A stretch of DNA of 64,000 nt from Octopus vulgaris (taxonomy: Eukaryota), in contig OX597823.1 in NCBI GenBank assembly GCA_951406725.2, forward strand, positions 64,294,001-64,358,000. Direction: 5' to 3'. Position numbers and translations under genes: made by a program. Position 1 is the stretch's first letter. Every line of letters starts with the position of its first letter. Shown here piece by piece: positions 51,937-64,000 of the stretch. Under the pieces are notes generated by a model. It searched no databases. It saw nothing but the letters and a program-made list of their open reading frames with translations, and was not told the DNA's origin.

Positions 51937-53074
51937 GCACTAATTTATTTACAGCTGAATAGACTGGAGGAATATGAAATAAAGTGCCTTGCTCAAGAAC
52001 ACAATATGCTGCCCTGACCACTTGGCTTGTATGTCTTCATGGAGAAAAACATACCATCATTATTGTTACTGTCATCATCATCATCACCACCACCACCACC
52101 ACCACCACCACCATCATTATCATTGTCGTTGTCACCATTGTTGTTATCCTCCTTGTCGTTGTTGTTGTTGTCATAGTCATCATCATCATGATGATGATGT
52201 TTGTTTCCCATACTGGCATGGATTGGATGGTTTGGCATGAGTTGGCAACTCTGAGCAGACTCTGCTAAGATCTACTGTCTGCTCTGGCATGGTTTCTATT
52301 GCTGGATGTCCTTCCTAATGTCAACCACTTTACAGAATGTACTTTTTATATGGCTAAAGAATTTAGTGTTATTAATGTATCACCATTAACAAAATAACAA
52401 TGAAATGAAATGCTGCCGAGAATTTTTTTCATCCATTTCATTGTTATATATATCCATTCTACTGTATGCACAAGTCCAAAAAATTTTCTTTAGAGGTGGT
52501 AGGGTTCTAGTTAATTACATCGAGCCCAGTACTCAACCTGTACTTATTTTTACCTGAAAAAGATGAATGGTACAGCTGACCCTCAGCTGAGTCTGAACTC
52601 AGAACATAAAGATGCACAAAATGTCTGGCATGCTAACAATTCTGCCAGTTCCATTGCCTGGCAAAATAATATGTTGTAAAGATTTTCACAATGATGTCAA
52701 GTCGACTTCTGCTCGGAGTTGTTGTCACTAAATTCCCTGATAGATAATACATGTATAAACATAAACATAAAATATAAGTCTGTGATGTGAGGAATCTTGA
52801 TAAATTTAATGACAAAAAAGCCAGTATAATCATGCTTCAGTTTGACTTCAATGGATGGAAGAAATATTATTTTAGGAAATGCCAGGCTCCTTAATTAAAG
52901 TCATTGTTGTATAAATACATTAATTCAATTACCGTTTCTCATACGACTTCACTCATTGTATTTCTGAAAAGATTCTATACATAATGCATATATACTTTTA
53001 CTAATTTGGAGCCATTGCAGGAATCTTTGTGTGGCTGTTCTGCTGGCTAGAAATAACTGCCAAAGCTCTCTTAA

Positions 53075-53225
53075 CCCTTTAGCATTTAAACTGGTCGTAT
53101 CTGGTATTAATATTCTACCTGTTTTATGATGGAATCTGGCCAGATCCAACATCTCAGACCTATCCTACAATGCCATTGTAAAAATAAACAATCACATTGT
53201 TGAAAGTTTGAAGCTACAAGGTAAT
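53075..53225. mobile_element. TTAA MITE, truncated inverted copy of 17662-17881
   Basis: TTAA|CCCTTTAGCATTTAAAC... Confidence 0.75.
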
Positions 53226-53458
53226 AAATTATGACCCTGGCAGTGCTGGTGCCATATAAAAAAAATCATCCATTCCACACTGTAAAGTGGTTGGCATTTG
53301 CAAGGGCATCTAGCTGTAAAATCAATGCCAAAACTGATCTCATCTGTGCTGGGGCCACATAAAAGAATTCAGCTCACTCTCCTGGGTAGTTGGTGTTAGG
53401 AAGGGCATCCAGCCATAAAAACCTCTGCCAAAACAGGCACAGAAAGAAGGATGTGTGT

Positions 53459-53522
<64 letters not shown>

Positions 53523-53653
53523 ATGTGCGTGCATGTGTGTATTTGCAAGTATATATAAAAGAGTTGACCTCAGCAGAATTTGAACTTAGAAGATATAGAC
53601 AGATGAAATGCTGCTAAGCATTTTATCCGGTGTGCTAATTATTCTGCCAGCTC

Positions 53654-53696
<43 letters not shown>

Positions 53697-54789
53697 AAAG
53701 TTTACAAATAAAAGAAAAAAGATGAAGACAGGTGGTGTACAAAACAAATAGATGTATTAGTATAACGCTCAGGAGTAGAAAAAGTTTTTTTCACGTTTCA
53801 AGCCTACGCTCTTCTACAGAAAGGTACACAGAAAAAAACACAGAGAGAAACAAGGAGAGAAAAAAATGTGTGTAGTGGCTAACAATCTATCATGGCGATC
53901 TGTCATGTATATGTATATATACATATATATATACACATATGTACACACACACGTCTATCTATATTTATATCTATATATGTATGTATGCATGTATGTACAT
54001 GTATATTTATGTGTGTATGTGTTTATGTGTTTATGTGTACACCCTACAATCTCCTGAATGCTTCTGTCTAAGAAATTGCTCTTAACCAAAGTGCCCTACA
54101 CTGACATCAAACTTGAGTTTACATGTCTGCAAGGTGAGCCTCTTAACAATGCCATCACACCTGTTTATTTACTTTAGTTTGCATTATTTTCTAATATACC
54201 TGCTTAAGTCAAACAGTCATGACATGAGAAACTTGATCAGTCACACATTATGATTGATATGAGTTATAATGTAGACTTTCAGAAGAAATGGTCAGCACAT
54301 TTTGCCCATAGTCCAAATTAATTGACTTGATGCTTCGTATATGAATTAATCCACAGTTTGGTCTAACTACTCATTAAGTTGTCAACTAATTGCGAAATAT
54401 TGGTTAGTCACCTGATTAATTTAGTTAATCACCTGTCAACCAGAAATTGATTTGTATCATATTTTGAACATATCAGTATTCATTTAGCATTGCTCATATG
54501 TGTTCTGTTTCTTGCATCAATGATCCTTCATATATAAAACATTGATGTTTTTCTTTTCTCTTTCAGTTTTGTATAATGTCATCAAATGATGGTTTAATTA
54601 TAGCAACTGCAGTGTATATTTCTGTCTGTATCTATATATGTGTGTGTGTGTGCGTGTATGTTTGCATGTATGAATATCTTTGTAAGTATGTATGTATGTG
54701 TATGTGAATGCATGTGTGTATAGATGGATTTATGAGTGCTTTTGTGTCTGTGTGAGTGCATGTATATTATACACATATATGTGTGTGTC

Positions 54790-55055
<266 letters not shown>

Positions 55056-55733
55056 CGAACTTTAGGTTGGTTAAAATATATTTGTGATATAATTTTAATT
55101 TCTAAAAATAAATTCAATGCAGTTACCATGGAGAAAAAGTTTTCCTCTTATAGTTTACCATATCAGAAAATACCTACCCGTAGTAGTCTCTGATGTGATT
55201 CTGGCTCTTTAACCTTCCTCAATGGGAGATACCAAAGAAAGATAACCCAGGACAGCTTCAAAGCTGTAGCTTTATCTTAAGTCAGTCAACGTCAGTGACT
55301 GAGTTGCACTTGTGGGTTGCTTGGCTGAGATAAATATTACAGTATCAGCACCAGGTAGTGATGAGGAATAAACAAACTTTAGCTTAGTTAGAATATGTTT
55401 GCGATGTATGATTAACTTCTAAATGGAAATTCAATGCAGTTATTATGCAGAAAAAAAATCCTCACTTATGGTAAAAGGTGTTGAAATATTATATCTACCC
55501 CCATGCTTCCCCCTAGTAGATTCATATATGTATATGTATCTCCCTCTCTCTCTATCTGTCTATATTATGTATATGTTTATATATGCATATATATCTATAC
55601 ATACATACATATATATACACACCTATACACACTCAATAAATTTTATTACAGTGTGTGTGTATATATATGTAAATATATATATGTATGTGTATGTATATAT
55701 GTATGTATAGATATAGATATATATGCATATCTA

Positions 55734-55809
<76 letters not shown>

Positions 55810-56120
55810 GACATATATATATATAACAAAGTAAAGTTTTAAGATACTGCACGAGTGGAAATATATATGAAAGAAGGTTTGAAAAAGCAATTTTAAAAGA
55901 TGTCTATTCACTTGACTGGTTTCACTTTTTTAGAAAAACATTGTCAAAAGTAAAATGTAAAGCTTTGTATAAGCTTTGTTGTGTTAAGTACTGGTTGTCA
56001 CAAAAGTATCAAAATGTATATATACATTCTTTGATAATAATAAGAAAATGTTAAAAACAGTTTACAAGAAAGTATTCAACAAAAAGTATTAGAAGTTCAA
56101 TAAAAATCATGTTTGTTTGG

Positions 56121-56171
<51 letters not shown>

Positions 56172-57351
56172 GAAGAAGATATATTTAAGAATTTACAAAA
56201 AATTGGAGAGGAACCGACCTGACTTTTTGGCATTTTTCTGTCTTGTATGTAGGAAAGGAATGTTTGCTACTTTAAGGGAGAGTTTGGGAGGTTGGTTGGG
56301 GTGGGGGAAGGAAGAGCAATGTGGAATTAAAAATATGCTTTTCTTTCTGGGCCCCTTGTGTGAAACCAATTGGTTAGATGGGCTACAATGGCTATCTAAT
56401 ACTATACACATTAATTAATGAATATATTTATGTATACTAATAGAACCCTTGGAAATTCCACAGAATGGAAAAGTGTAGGAGGACCTATTTAAGAAAGAAA
56501 GGATGATTTGCATTTTTATAGCATTTGTATAATATTTTTGATGTTTGTCTACACTCATTTACTCACATCATCGCCTGTGTTGCCTTTTTATTATATCTTC
56601 TTTTTATTATGTCTTCCTGCTGTTTTTCTCTGATCCATTCTCTATATCTGGACAGCTTTTCGGGGACAGCTTGCAACCATATTTCTCGTGAATCCAGATT
56701 TTAGGCCAAATTAACCCTTATAAACAAATATCATTTTTTTTAAGCAAGCAGACAATAAACAATGTGATGGTGACTGTAAAAAAAATTATTTCAATAAAAA
56801 GACACTTTCAATATCAATGCATCACCACCGCCATCACTATCTGCCTCTCTCTCCCTCCCTCTCTCTCAATATGATTACCTCTCTTGTCCATCTCTCTCTA
56901 TCTACCTTGCCCTTCAGCTAACTTCTTAACCTCATAATAAGTATTCCTTCCCCACCACGTCATTAATACCTCTGTCTCCCACTTTTTCTCTCGGCGTCTT
57001 TTTCTCTCACCATCTTTTTCTCATGTTCTTCTCCTCTACCTTCAGCTAACCACCATACCATTTGGCCTAAGTATATCAATATCAATTGCCTTTCTCTAAC
57101 TCTTCCTCTCTTCTTTCTTCACTCCTCCCTCTCTCTCTCTTTCACTCTCTTTCACTCCATCTCTCATGCACTCCACCTCTACCTCTTTCACTAACTAATG
57201 TATAATGGGCGAATAAAATAGCAGGTTATTATACATATATTTATATCTACATGTATACACACATATTGATGTGTATATTGTATATGTATATATGTGTGTG
57301 TGTATGTGTGTAAGATAGATAGATAAATACACATACACGCACATACATACA

Positions 57352-57382
<31 letters not shown>

Positions 57383-57713
57383 GTACATACATGCACACAT
57401 GCATGTCCATACTGGTCAACAACATATTGGATTGTTTAGTCACATGGTGGATAAATAGTTCTGCCCATTGAACTTACAACATGAAAGGCTGGAACAAAAA
57501 ATGCAGTTTTTCATTCAGTGATTTAACAAACCCACAAAACCTCCAGATTCAGTGTGATACTTTATTTAATGACCCCTTTAAAGCTAAAACTTTAGTCAAC
57601 ATCAGTAGAATGCGAACTCAGAGTACTGAGCTTTGAGATGAATAGTGCAAGACATTGCCTGTATAAAACCAATTTGGCACCATATCATGGCCCTAGCCTT
57701 TTTATTACTTTAT

Positions 57714-57933
57714 CCCTTTAGTGTTCAGATTATTCTGTCAAATGTGATGTTTGTTTATTTAAAATGGTTTGAATTAATCATGCATTATCTTGTAGTTTAG
57801 AGCTTTCAGTGATGTGATTTTTTAGTTTTAGAACGACATGGTATGATTGAGGTGAGAGGTGAGATCTGGTCAGTTTCAATATAAAACAGGTTAAATATTT
57901 TGGCCAGATATGACCGGTTTGAATGCTAAAGGG
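57714..57933. mobile_element. TTAA MITE, full copy
   Basis: CCCTTTAGTGTTCA...TGAATGCTAAAGGG, colinear with 17662-17881. Confidence 0.8.
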
Positions 57934-58753
57934 TTACTGAATCACTTCTGTTGAAAGGTTCGCAGAACCATAAGAGTATTTCACATTTGTCTTGCTATTA
58001 ATATTCTGAGTTCAAATCCTATCAGTGTCACCTTTGTCTTTTTTAGCCATTCAGGGAGTTTAGATAAAGTACCAGTCATGTACTGGATTCAATATCATTG
58101 CTTAACCTCTTTCCTAAGATTTCAAGCCATGTGATTATGCTAGGACCAATTCTTCTATTGAGTTAGAAGTATATCTTTTTAAGACATACAGGAAATATTC
58201 TCATATGTAACAGTTTTAAGCATAAAAGTGTTTCAGCAAGACAAGAATATCTTTTATGAAGACAAAAAGACCTGTTTTATTGAAATTTGAAGCCTCGAAA
58301 AAAACAAAAAAAAAAAAAAACCCCCAAAAGTGCAACTAAATAAAACAGAGCTAAAAGCTTTTGTTAATGATGTAAAATTGGTGAAAAATTTTCTTTATAA
58401 AATGTTTTCATGATTAAAGTAAGAAGGTAAAATGTCGAACATTCTCTAATGCTTCATCATTGAAAACTTTGTGGATTTTTTTTGCATTAAGTATAGGCTG
58501 TTGTTCTTCTTCTTTGGCAATATAATTAAGTTATTTTAAATAAATGTTCAGTGACTGCTTAATATTGCAATCAGTGATTTATGGTATTCTGCCCCACTAT
58601 TTTTTTGTGTGTTTTTGGTGTTTTATTGGGCTAAAAGTTTTAAGCCATAACATTGAGTCTGTGCATGTTTATGCATATGTATGCATGCATATATGTATAT
58701 GTATGAGTGTATGCATCTCTCTCTATATATATGGATATATAATGAATTATATT

Positions 58754-58842
<89 letters not shown>

Positions 58843-58903
58843 GTATATATATATGTATGTATATGTATGAATGCATATATGTATATATGTATGTGTGCAT
58901 GCA

Positions 58904-58957
<54 letters not shown>

Positions 58958-59027
58958 CACACACACATACATTAACTTACCCACGTATATTTACCTGTTT
59001 CTGTGCGAGTATATGTATATGCAAGTC

Positions 59028-59150
<123 letters not shown>

Positions 59151-59238
59151 CATATATATGTATATGTGTGTATATATACACATACACATATATATATGCC
59201 TACAAACACATGTATATGTGTGTGTGTATATATATATA

Positions 59239-59321
<83 letters not shown>

Positions 59322-59373
59322 GTATATCTTGTAAAATTCCTCATTTCCAATAATATTTTCCTTTTCATTTCAG

Positions 59374-59523
59374 TTCTTAATTGACAATGAAAATAGTGTG
59401 TTTTCTCTAGATAAATCATATGGCTGTGTGCCTGCCAAATCCACTGAGAAAATTACCATCGAATTCACTCCACAGAGCCCAATAGCTTATTACAGAAAAC
59501 TCATTTGTCTTGTTCATAACCAA
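59374..59523 (+). CDS. CFAP65: Internal coding exon of cilia- and flagella-associated protein 65 (CCDC108) orthologue
   Basis: Polypyrimidine tract plus CAG acceptor (59371-59373) and a GTAAGT donor bound 150 nt of open frame, phase 0-0: [50 protein letters not shown]. It aligns without gaps to my recollection of human CFAP65 FAIDCLESVFTIRPAFG...FQPTHPIICFRRVACLIHHQ (from memory, needs BLAST). Confidence 0.85.
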
Positions 59524-59628
59524 GTAAGTTTGAAAAATCTGTTTTCTCTTTTTCTGTATTTCTGATTTTTAAATTGTCCAAATGCTCCGTTATACACACG
59601 TGTGTGTGTGTGTGTAGAAATGTGTGTG

Positions 59629-59660
<32 letters not shown>

Positions 59661-59682
59661 TGTATGTATGTATGTATGTATG

Positions 59683-59733
<51 letters not shown>

Positions 59734-60313
59734 TATGCTTTCAACAATATCTTTAGATATTTTTAGGTTGAAATATTAGCTTCTGCTTTAATTTCTTTTT
59801 CCTTTCTAGACGTGAACCAATATATTCTTCATAAATTTTTGTTTTAAATATAGTACTGCTGTTGTTGTTGTTGTTTTTGTTACCATTATTGTAATTGTTG
59901 TTGTTATTATCTTTATTAATGGTATTCAATTGCTAGAATTGTCAGAGTATTGGAATATTTGTACAATCTCTTTCAGATTCCAGATTCGAATCCTGCTGAA
60001 GTCAGTTATTGTATTTTTTTTTGGGGGGGGGGGGGTGATATTGATAAAATTAGGAATCAAGAAAGTGCTAAGAATAAAATATCTGGTGTTTGTGCCTACA
60101 TAAAAATTATAATTATAGTTATTCTTGTCGTTATATATAAATGAGAAAAAGAAAAAAGAAAAACAAACAAGATTATAAGCACAAATAATTACAATTTCAA
60201 AAGCAGAAAAGAATAAGAAAATCTTCGGAAGCTGTCGGAATGATGTGGCTGTCTCTGATGAGAACCCAATAAGGTTCAGAAATCAATTAAAGTTCTTTAT
60301 CATCTTTTTAAGT

Positions 60314-60479
60314 AGGCGCAGGAGTGGCTGTGTGGTAAGTAGTTTGTCTACCAACCACATGGTTCCAGGTTCATTCCCACTGTGTGGCACCTTGGGCAAG
60401 TGCCTTCTACTATAGCCTCGGGCTGACCAAAGCCTTGTGAGTGGATTTTGTAGACGGAAACTGAAAGAAGCCTGTCGTA

Positions 60480-60522
<43 letters not shown>

Positions 60523-60760
60523 ATGTATGTGTGTGTATATATGTTTGTGTATCTGTGTTTGTCCCCCCAACATCACTTGACAACCGATGCTGGTGTGTTT
60601 ATGTCCCCGTAACTTAGCGGTTCGGCAAAAGAGACCGATAGAATAAGTACTAGGCTTACAAAGAATAAGTCCTGGGGTCGATTTGCTCAATTAAAGGCGG
60701 TGCTCTAGCATGGCCACAGTCAAATGACTGAAACAGGTAAAAGAGTAAAAGAAAAGAGTA
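60314..60760 (+). mobile_element. SINE family A, full length
   Basis: AGGCGCAGGAGTGGCTGTGTGG head and TAAAAGAG tail. Confidence 0.92.
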
Positions 60761-61527
60761 TCTCCAATTACAACAATAATAGCTCATCTTTTACAAGTGT
60801 CATGAGACAAAAAGAGATAATAGACATAAAATGGATCCATGTGAAATAAAAATGCAGATTGCATATTTCACAATAGAAAATGTCTTTTTGACCACCAACT
60901 TTCATCAAAAAGGGTTTAACAGGGTTTACTACAGAATCTTACATACCATTATACTGTATATGTTGCTTGTTCACTTGTGGAAATAATACAAGATACAAAT
61001 TTTAATAATAACAATGAGACTTTATTCCTCTGTTAAATAGTACAGTGGATCAAATAAAACATCATAAATCTTGGTGGTTGTATAGTTCATCCATCATTGA
61101 TTACATGTGCTCCATTATATTAATTTTAATCTGGTGAATAACAGCAGGAAAATAACATGACTCACCTTCATGAAAATTGCTCATCCTTCTTCTTGTAGAT
61201 GATTTGTTACACCAGTTTATTAAAAAAGGATAGGCTCCAGAGCACATACAGATTGGTTGTTTGAGAATTTATAGTGCAACGTGATTGGATCTTCAGTCCA
61301 AATCCCATGCAATACTCAACCAATCAAAGCACAGTACAACCAACGTTCCAAATTCACATGATTAGTAAGACAACCAATCAACAGATTAGCATGCTGAGCC
61401 TCTATCTGTTTAATGTATTCAATATGCCTTTAAGAAAATAGTCTCACTACAAGGGTAAGGAGGGAAGTGCTTTACCTTTGTTCTTTTTGAGAAATAGAAT
61501 AAGTTTTACTTCAATTTTGTATTTGTT

Positions 61528-61955
61528 AAGCCACAGTCGAACCAATTCTACTATATGGCTCAGAAACCTGGACGTTATCAAAGAAGCTTCAGAGGCGGTT
61601 GGATGGAACTTACACTCGCCTCCTTATGAGAGCTCAAAATCTCTCGTGGAAACGGCATCCAACCAAAGTACAAATATATGGAAATTACCACCTGTATCAT
61701 CTCTTGTGAAAGGTAGAAGAGTCCAGTTTGCTGGACATTGTTGTAGAGCTGAAAACAAGGTAATTTCTACTCTTCTCCTCTGGAAGCCATCTGCTCGCCA
61801 TACCAGAGGATGCACACTCTCCTACCTTGATGTAATCTCCAGGAATACAGGCATCCAGCAACAAGACTTCTGCAATGCTATGATGGACCGTGAAGTCTGG
61901 CGTAATATAGTAAATTCCATTGTCTCGACCACGGTCGAACAATAATGATGATGAT
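61528..61955 (+). mobile_element. RTE-clade LINE 3' end
   Basis: ATVEPILLYGSETWTLSKKLQRRLDGTYTRLLMRAQNLSWKRH.. then RRVQFAGHCCR...AMMDREVWRNIV..EQ*, followed by a (TGA)n tail. Confidence 0.9.
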
Positions 61956-62352
61956 TGTATTTGTTTGCAAGATTCTTGATGTGAATTCATATGTTGGAAT
62001 AAATTTTGTTGTGTCTTGGGAAAGTCATTATGTCAATAACAACAACAAACACACAGGTTCAACATCTCTTCTTTATTGTTAGTCGTTTGGTTAAATATCT
62101 AACCGACAAACTAATTGATTATTTGTTTAATGTGCTGATTAAACAATCAATTGGTTGTTTGTCAGTCAAAGTTCATTCATTGCTGTATTTGACCTTTTCA
62201 GTGACATTGACTTTTCCTCTCAATCAAATGTCTGTTCTGTTTCTGTCTGAGAATTGGTCTTACATCTGTGTGTACGCATACTTGTTTGCTTGTGTGTTAA
62301 TGTGTGATTGCTTTGAAGAAGAAATGAGAGTGAGAGTAAGAGAAGAGCTTGT

Positions 62353-62394
<42 letters not shown>

Positions 62395-62423
62395 ATGTGC
62401 GTGTGTGTAAGAGAGAGAGAGGA

Positions 62424-62972
62424 TTGAGAGAGCAATGTATGCAATTAAAGTGACACTGGGGTAAAATATACAAAGCCCAATATACCCATCATAACTACCT
62501 GTCTGATAAGGGTATACCAGACTCATGCATCACAACCATATGTGCACAACATGATCTCATATCAACATAAATAGCTCAAGACCTTGCAGGTGGGGCCCTG
62601 TTAGAAACTTCTTCATGTCGAGTTGCTCATCCTACTCAAAAGGTCCCTGAATAAGGGTTGTTTCAGGGTGTTGAATGAAACACCCATGTTTCCATAGGAA
62701 AATTATTCAAATCCCAAAGAATTCCCCTCAATACATGGCTATGATGTTCCCCTACCCATTACTTCTGCTCATGATCAGAGATTCACATACTGTCAGTCAC
62801 TAAGGGACATGCTCAACTGGTCATGGTCAAACAACTGACAAGCAAATCTGTGGTATTGAGCAGAATATTTACTATAACCCATCTTTTATAATCAAGACAA
62901 AGCAATGTACATGATAACACTTCCAATCAGTTACGATAAGAAACCATGAGAGCCACAGCCTGGTACTACATT
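62424..62972. mobile_element. Second copy of the 31267-31830 interspersed repeat
   Basis: Colinear similarity, ending in (ATT)n. Confidence 0.8.
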
Positions 62973-62989
62973 ATTATTGTTGTTGTTAG

Positions 62990-63440
62990 TGGCTTTTCAT
63001 CTGTCTTTACATTGTGAGTTCAAATTCTGCTGAGGTCGATTTTGCCTTTCATCCCTTCCAGGTTGATAAAATAAGTACCAGTTGAGCACTGGGGTCAAAT
63101 GTAATTGCTTTACCCCCTCCCCCAAAATTGCTTGCCTTGAGCCAAAATTTGAAACCATTATTATTAACATCATTATTATTAATATCATCATCATCATCAT
63201 CATCATTATTATAATCATTATTATTATAAAGGAGAGTAGATTGGTAGAATTGTTAGATTATCAGAAGAAATACTTTGAAGTATTTGTTTCAGTTCTTTCC
63301 ATTCTAAGTTCAAATCATTTGTCTTTTTATCTTTTTAGGATTAATAAAACAAAATACCAGTCAACTACTGGGGTTGAGAGTACTGACTAAACACTCCCTC
63401 TCAAACCAGCTGCCTTGTGTCTTAATTAGGAATAGTTATT
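62990..63440 (+). mobile_element. Two SINE family B copies separated by (ATT/ATC)n
   Basis: GCCTTTCATCCC...AAGTACCAGTTGAGCACTGGGGTC core. The second copy is degenerate. Confidence 0.75.
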
Positions 63441-63574
63441 AATACTCTTTATTCATTTATTTGTTTCAGTCTTTGACTGTGGCCATGCTGGAGCACCACT
63501 TGTGCTGGATGCACAGGTCCTGTTTTCTGTTCGGCTAAAAATTATCAAACTTTAAACACCTCTCTCTTTGCTCT

Positions 63575-64000
<426 letters not shown>

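Noticed and set aside
59401-59410. Alternative acceptor TTTTCTCTAG inside the exon
   Set aside because: It would shift the frame and remove the conserved FLID..SVF segment.

Overview
Eukaryotic, very AT-rich, microsatellite-saturated genomic DNA. The SINE families and repeat landscape look like a coleoid cephalopod, probably Octopus (my inference from recall). Nearly all ORFs in the supplied track are microsatellite or SINE artefacts. I found one convincing protein-coding exon (59374-59523, +, 150 nt, AG/GT, phase 0-0), which resembles CFAP65/CCDC108, so most of the window is probably giant intron. The rest is a mosaic of at least three SINE families, R4/Dong-like and RTE LINE fragments, Penelope-like (GIY-YIG) fragments, a DD37D (maT) Tc1/mariner relic, a mariner-end foldback, two non-autonomous Helitrons and TTAA MITEs. 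The window also opens with a SINE-derived tandem array (1-2893). The most striking signal is a dense set of minimal type I hammerhead ribozyme (HHR) motifs from at least five unrelated short-element families. Three families are arranged as foldbacks with one sense and one antisense ribozyme copy, and some carry non-canonical cores (U3-A8 covariation, U4C, U.U closing stem II). All folds were derived by eye, and activity is untested.
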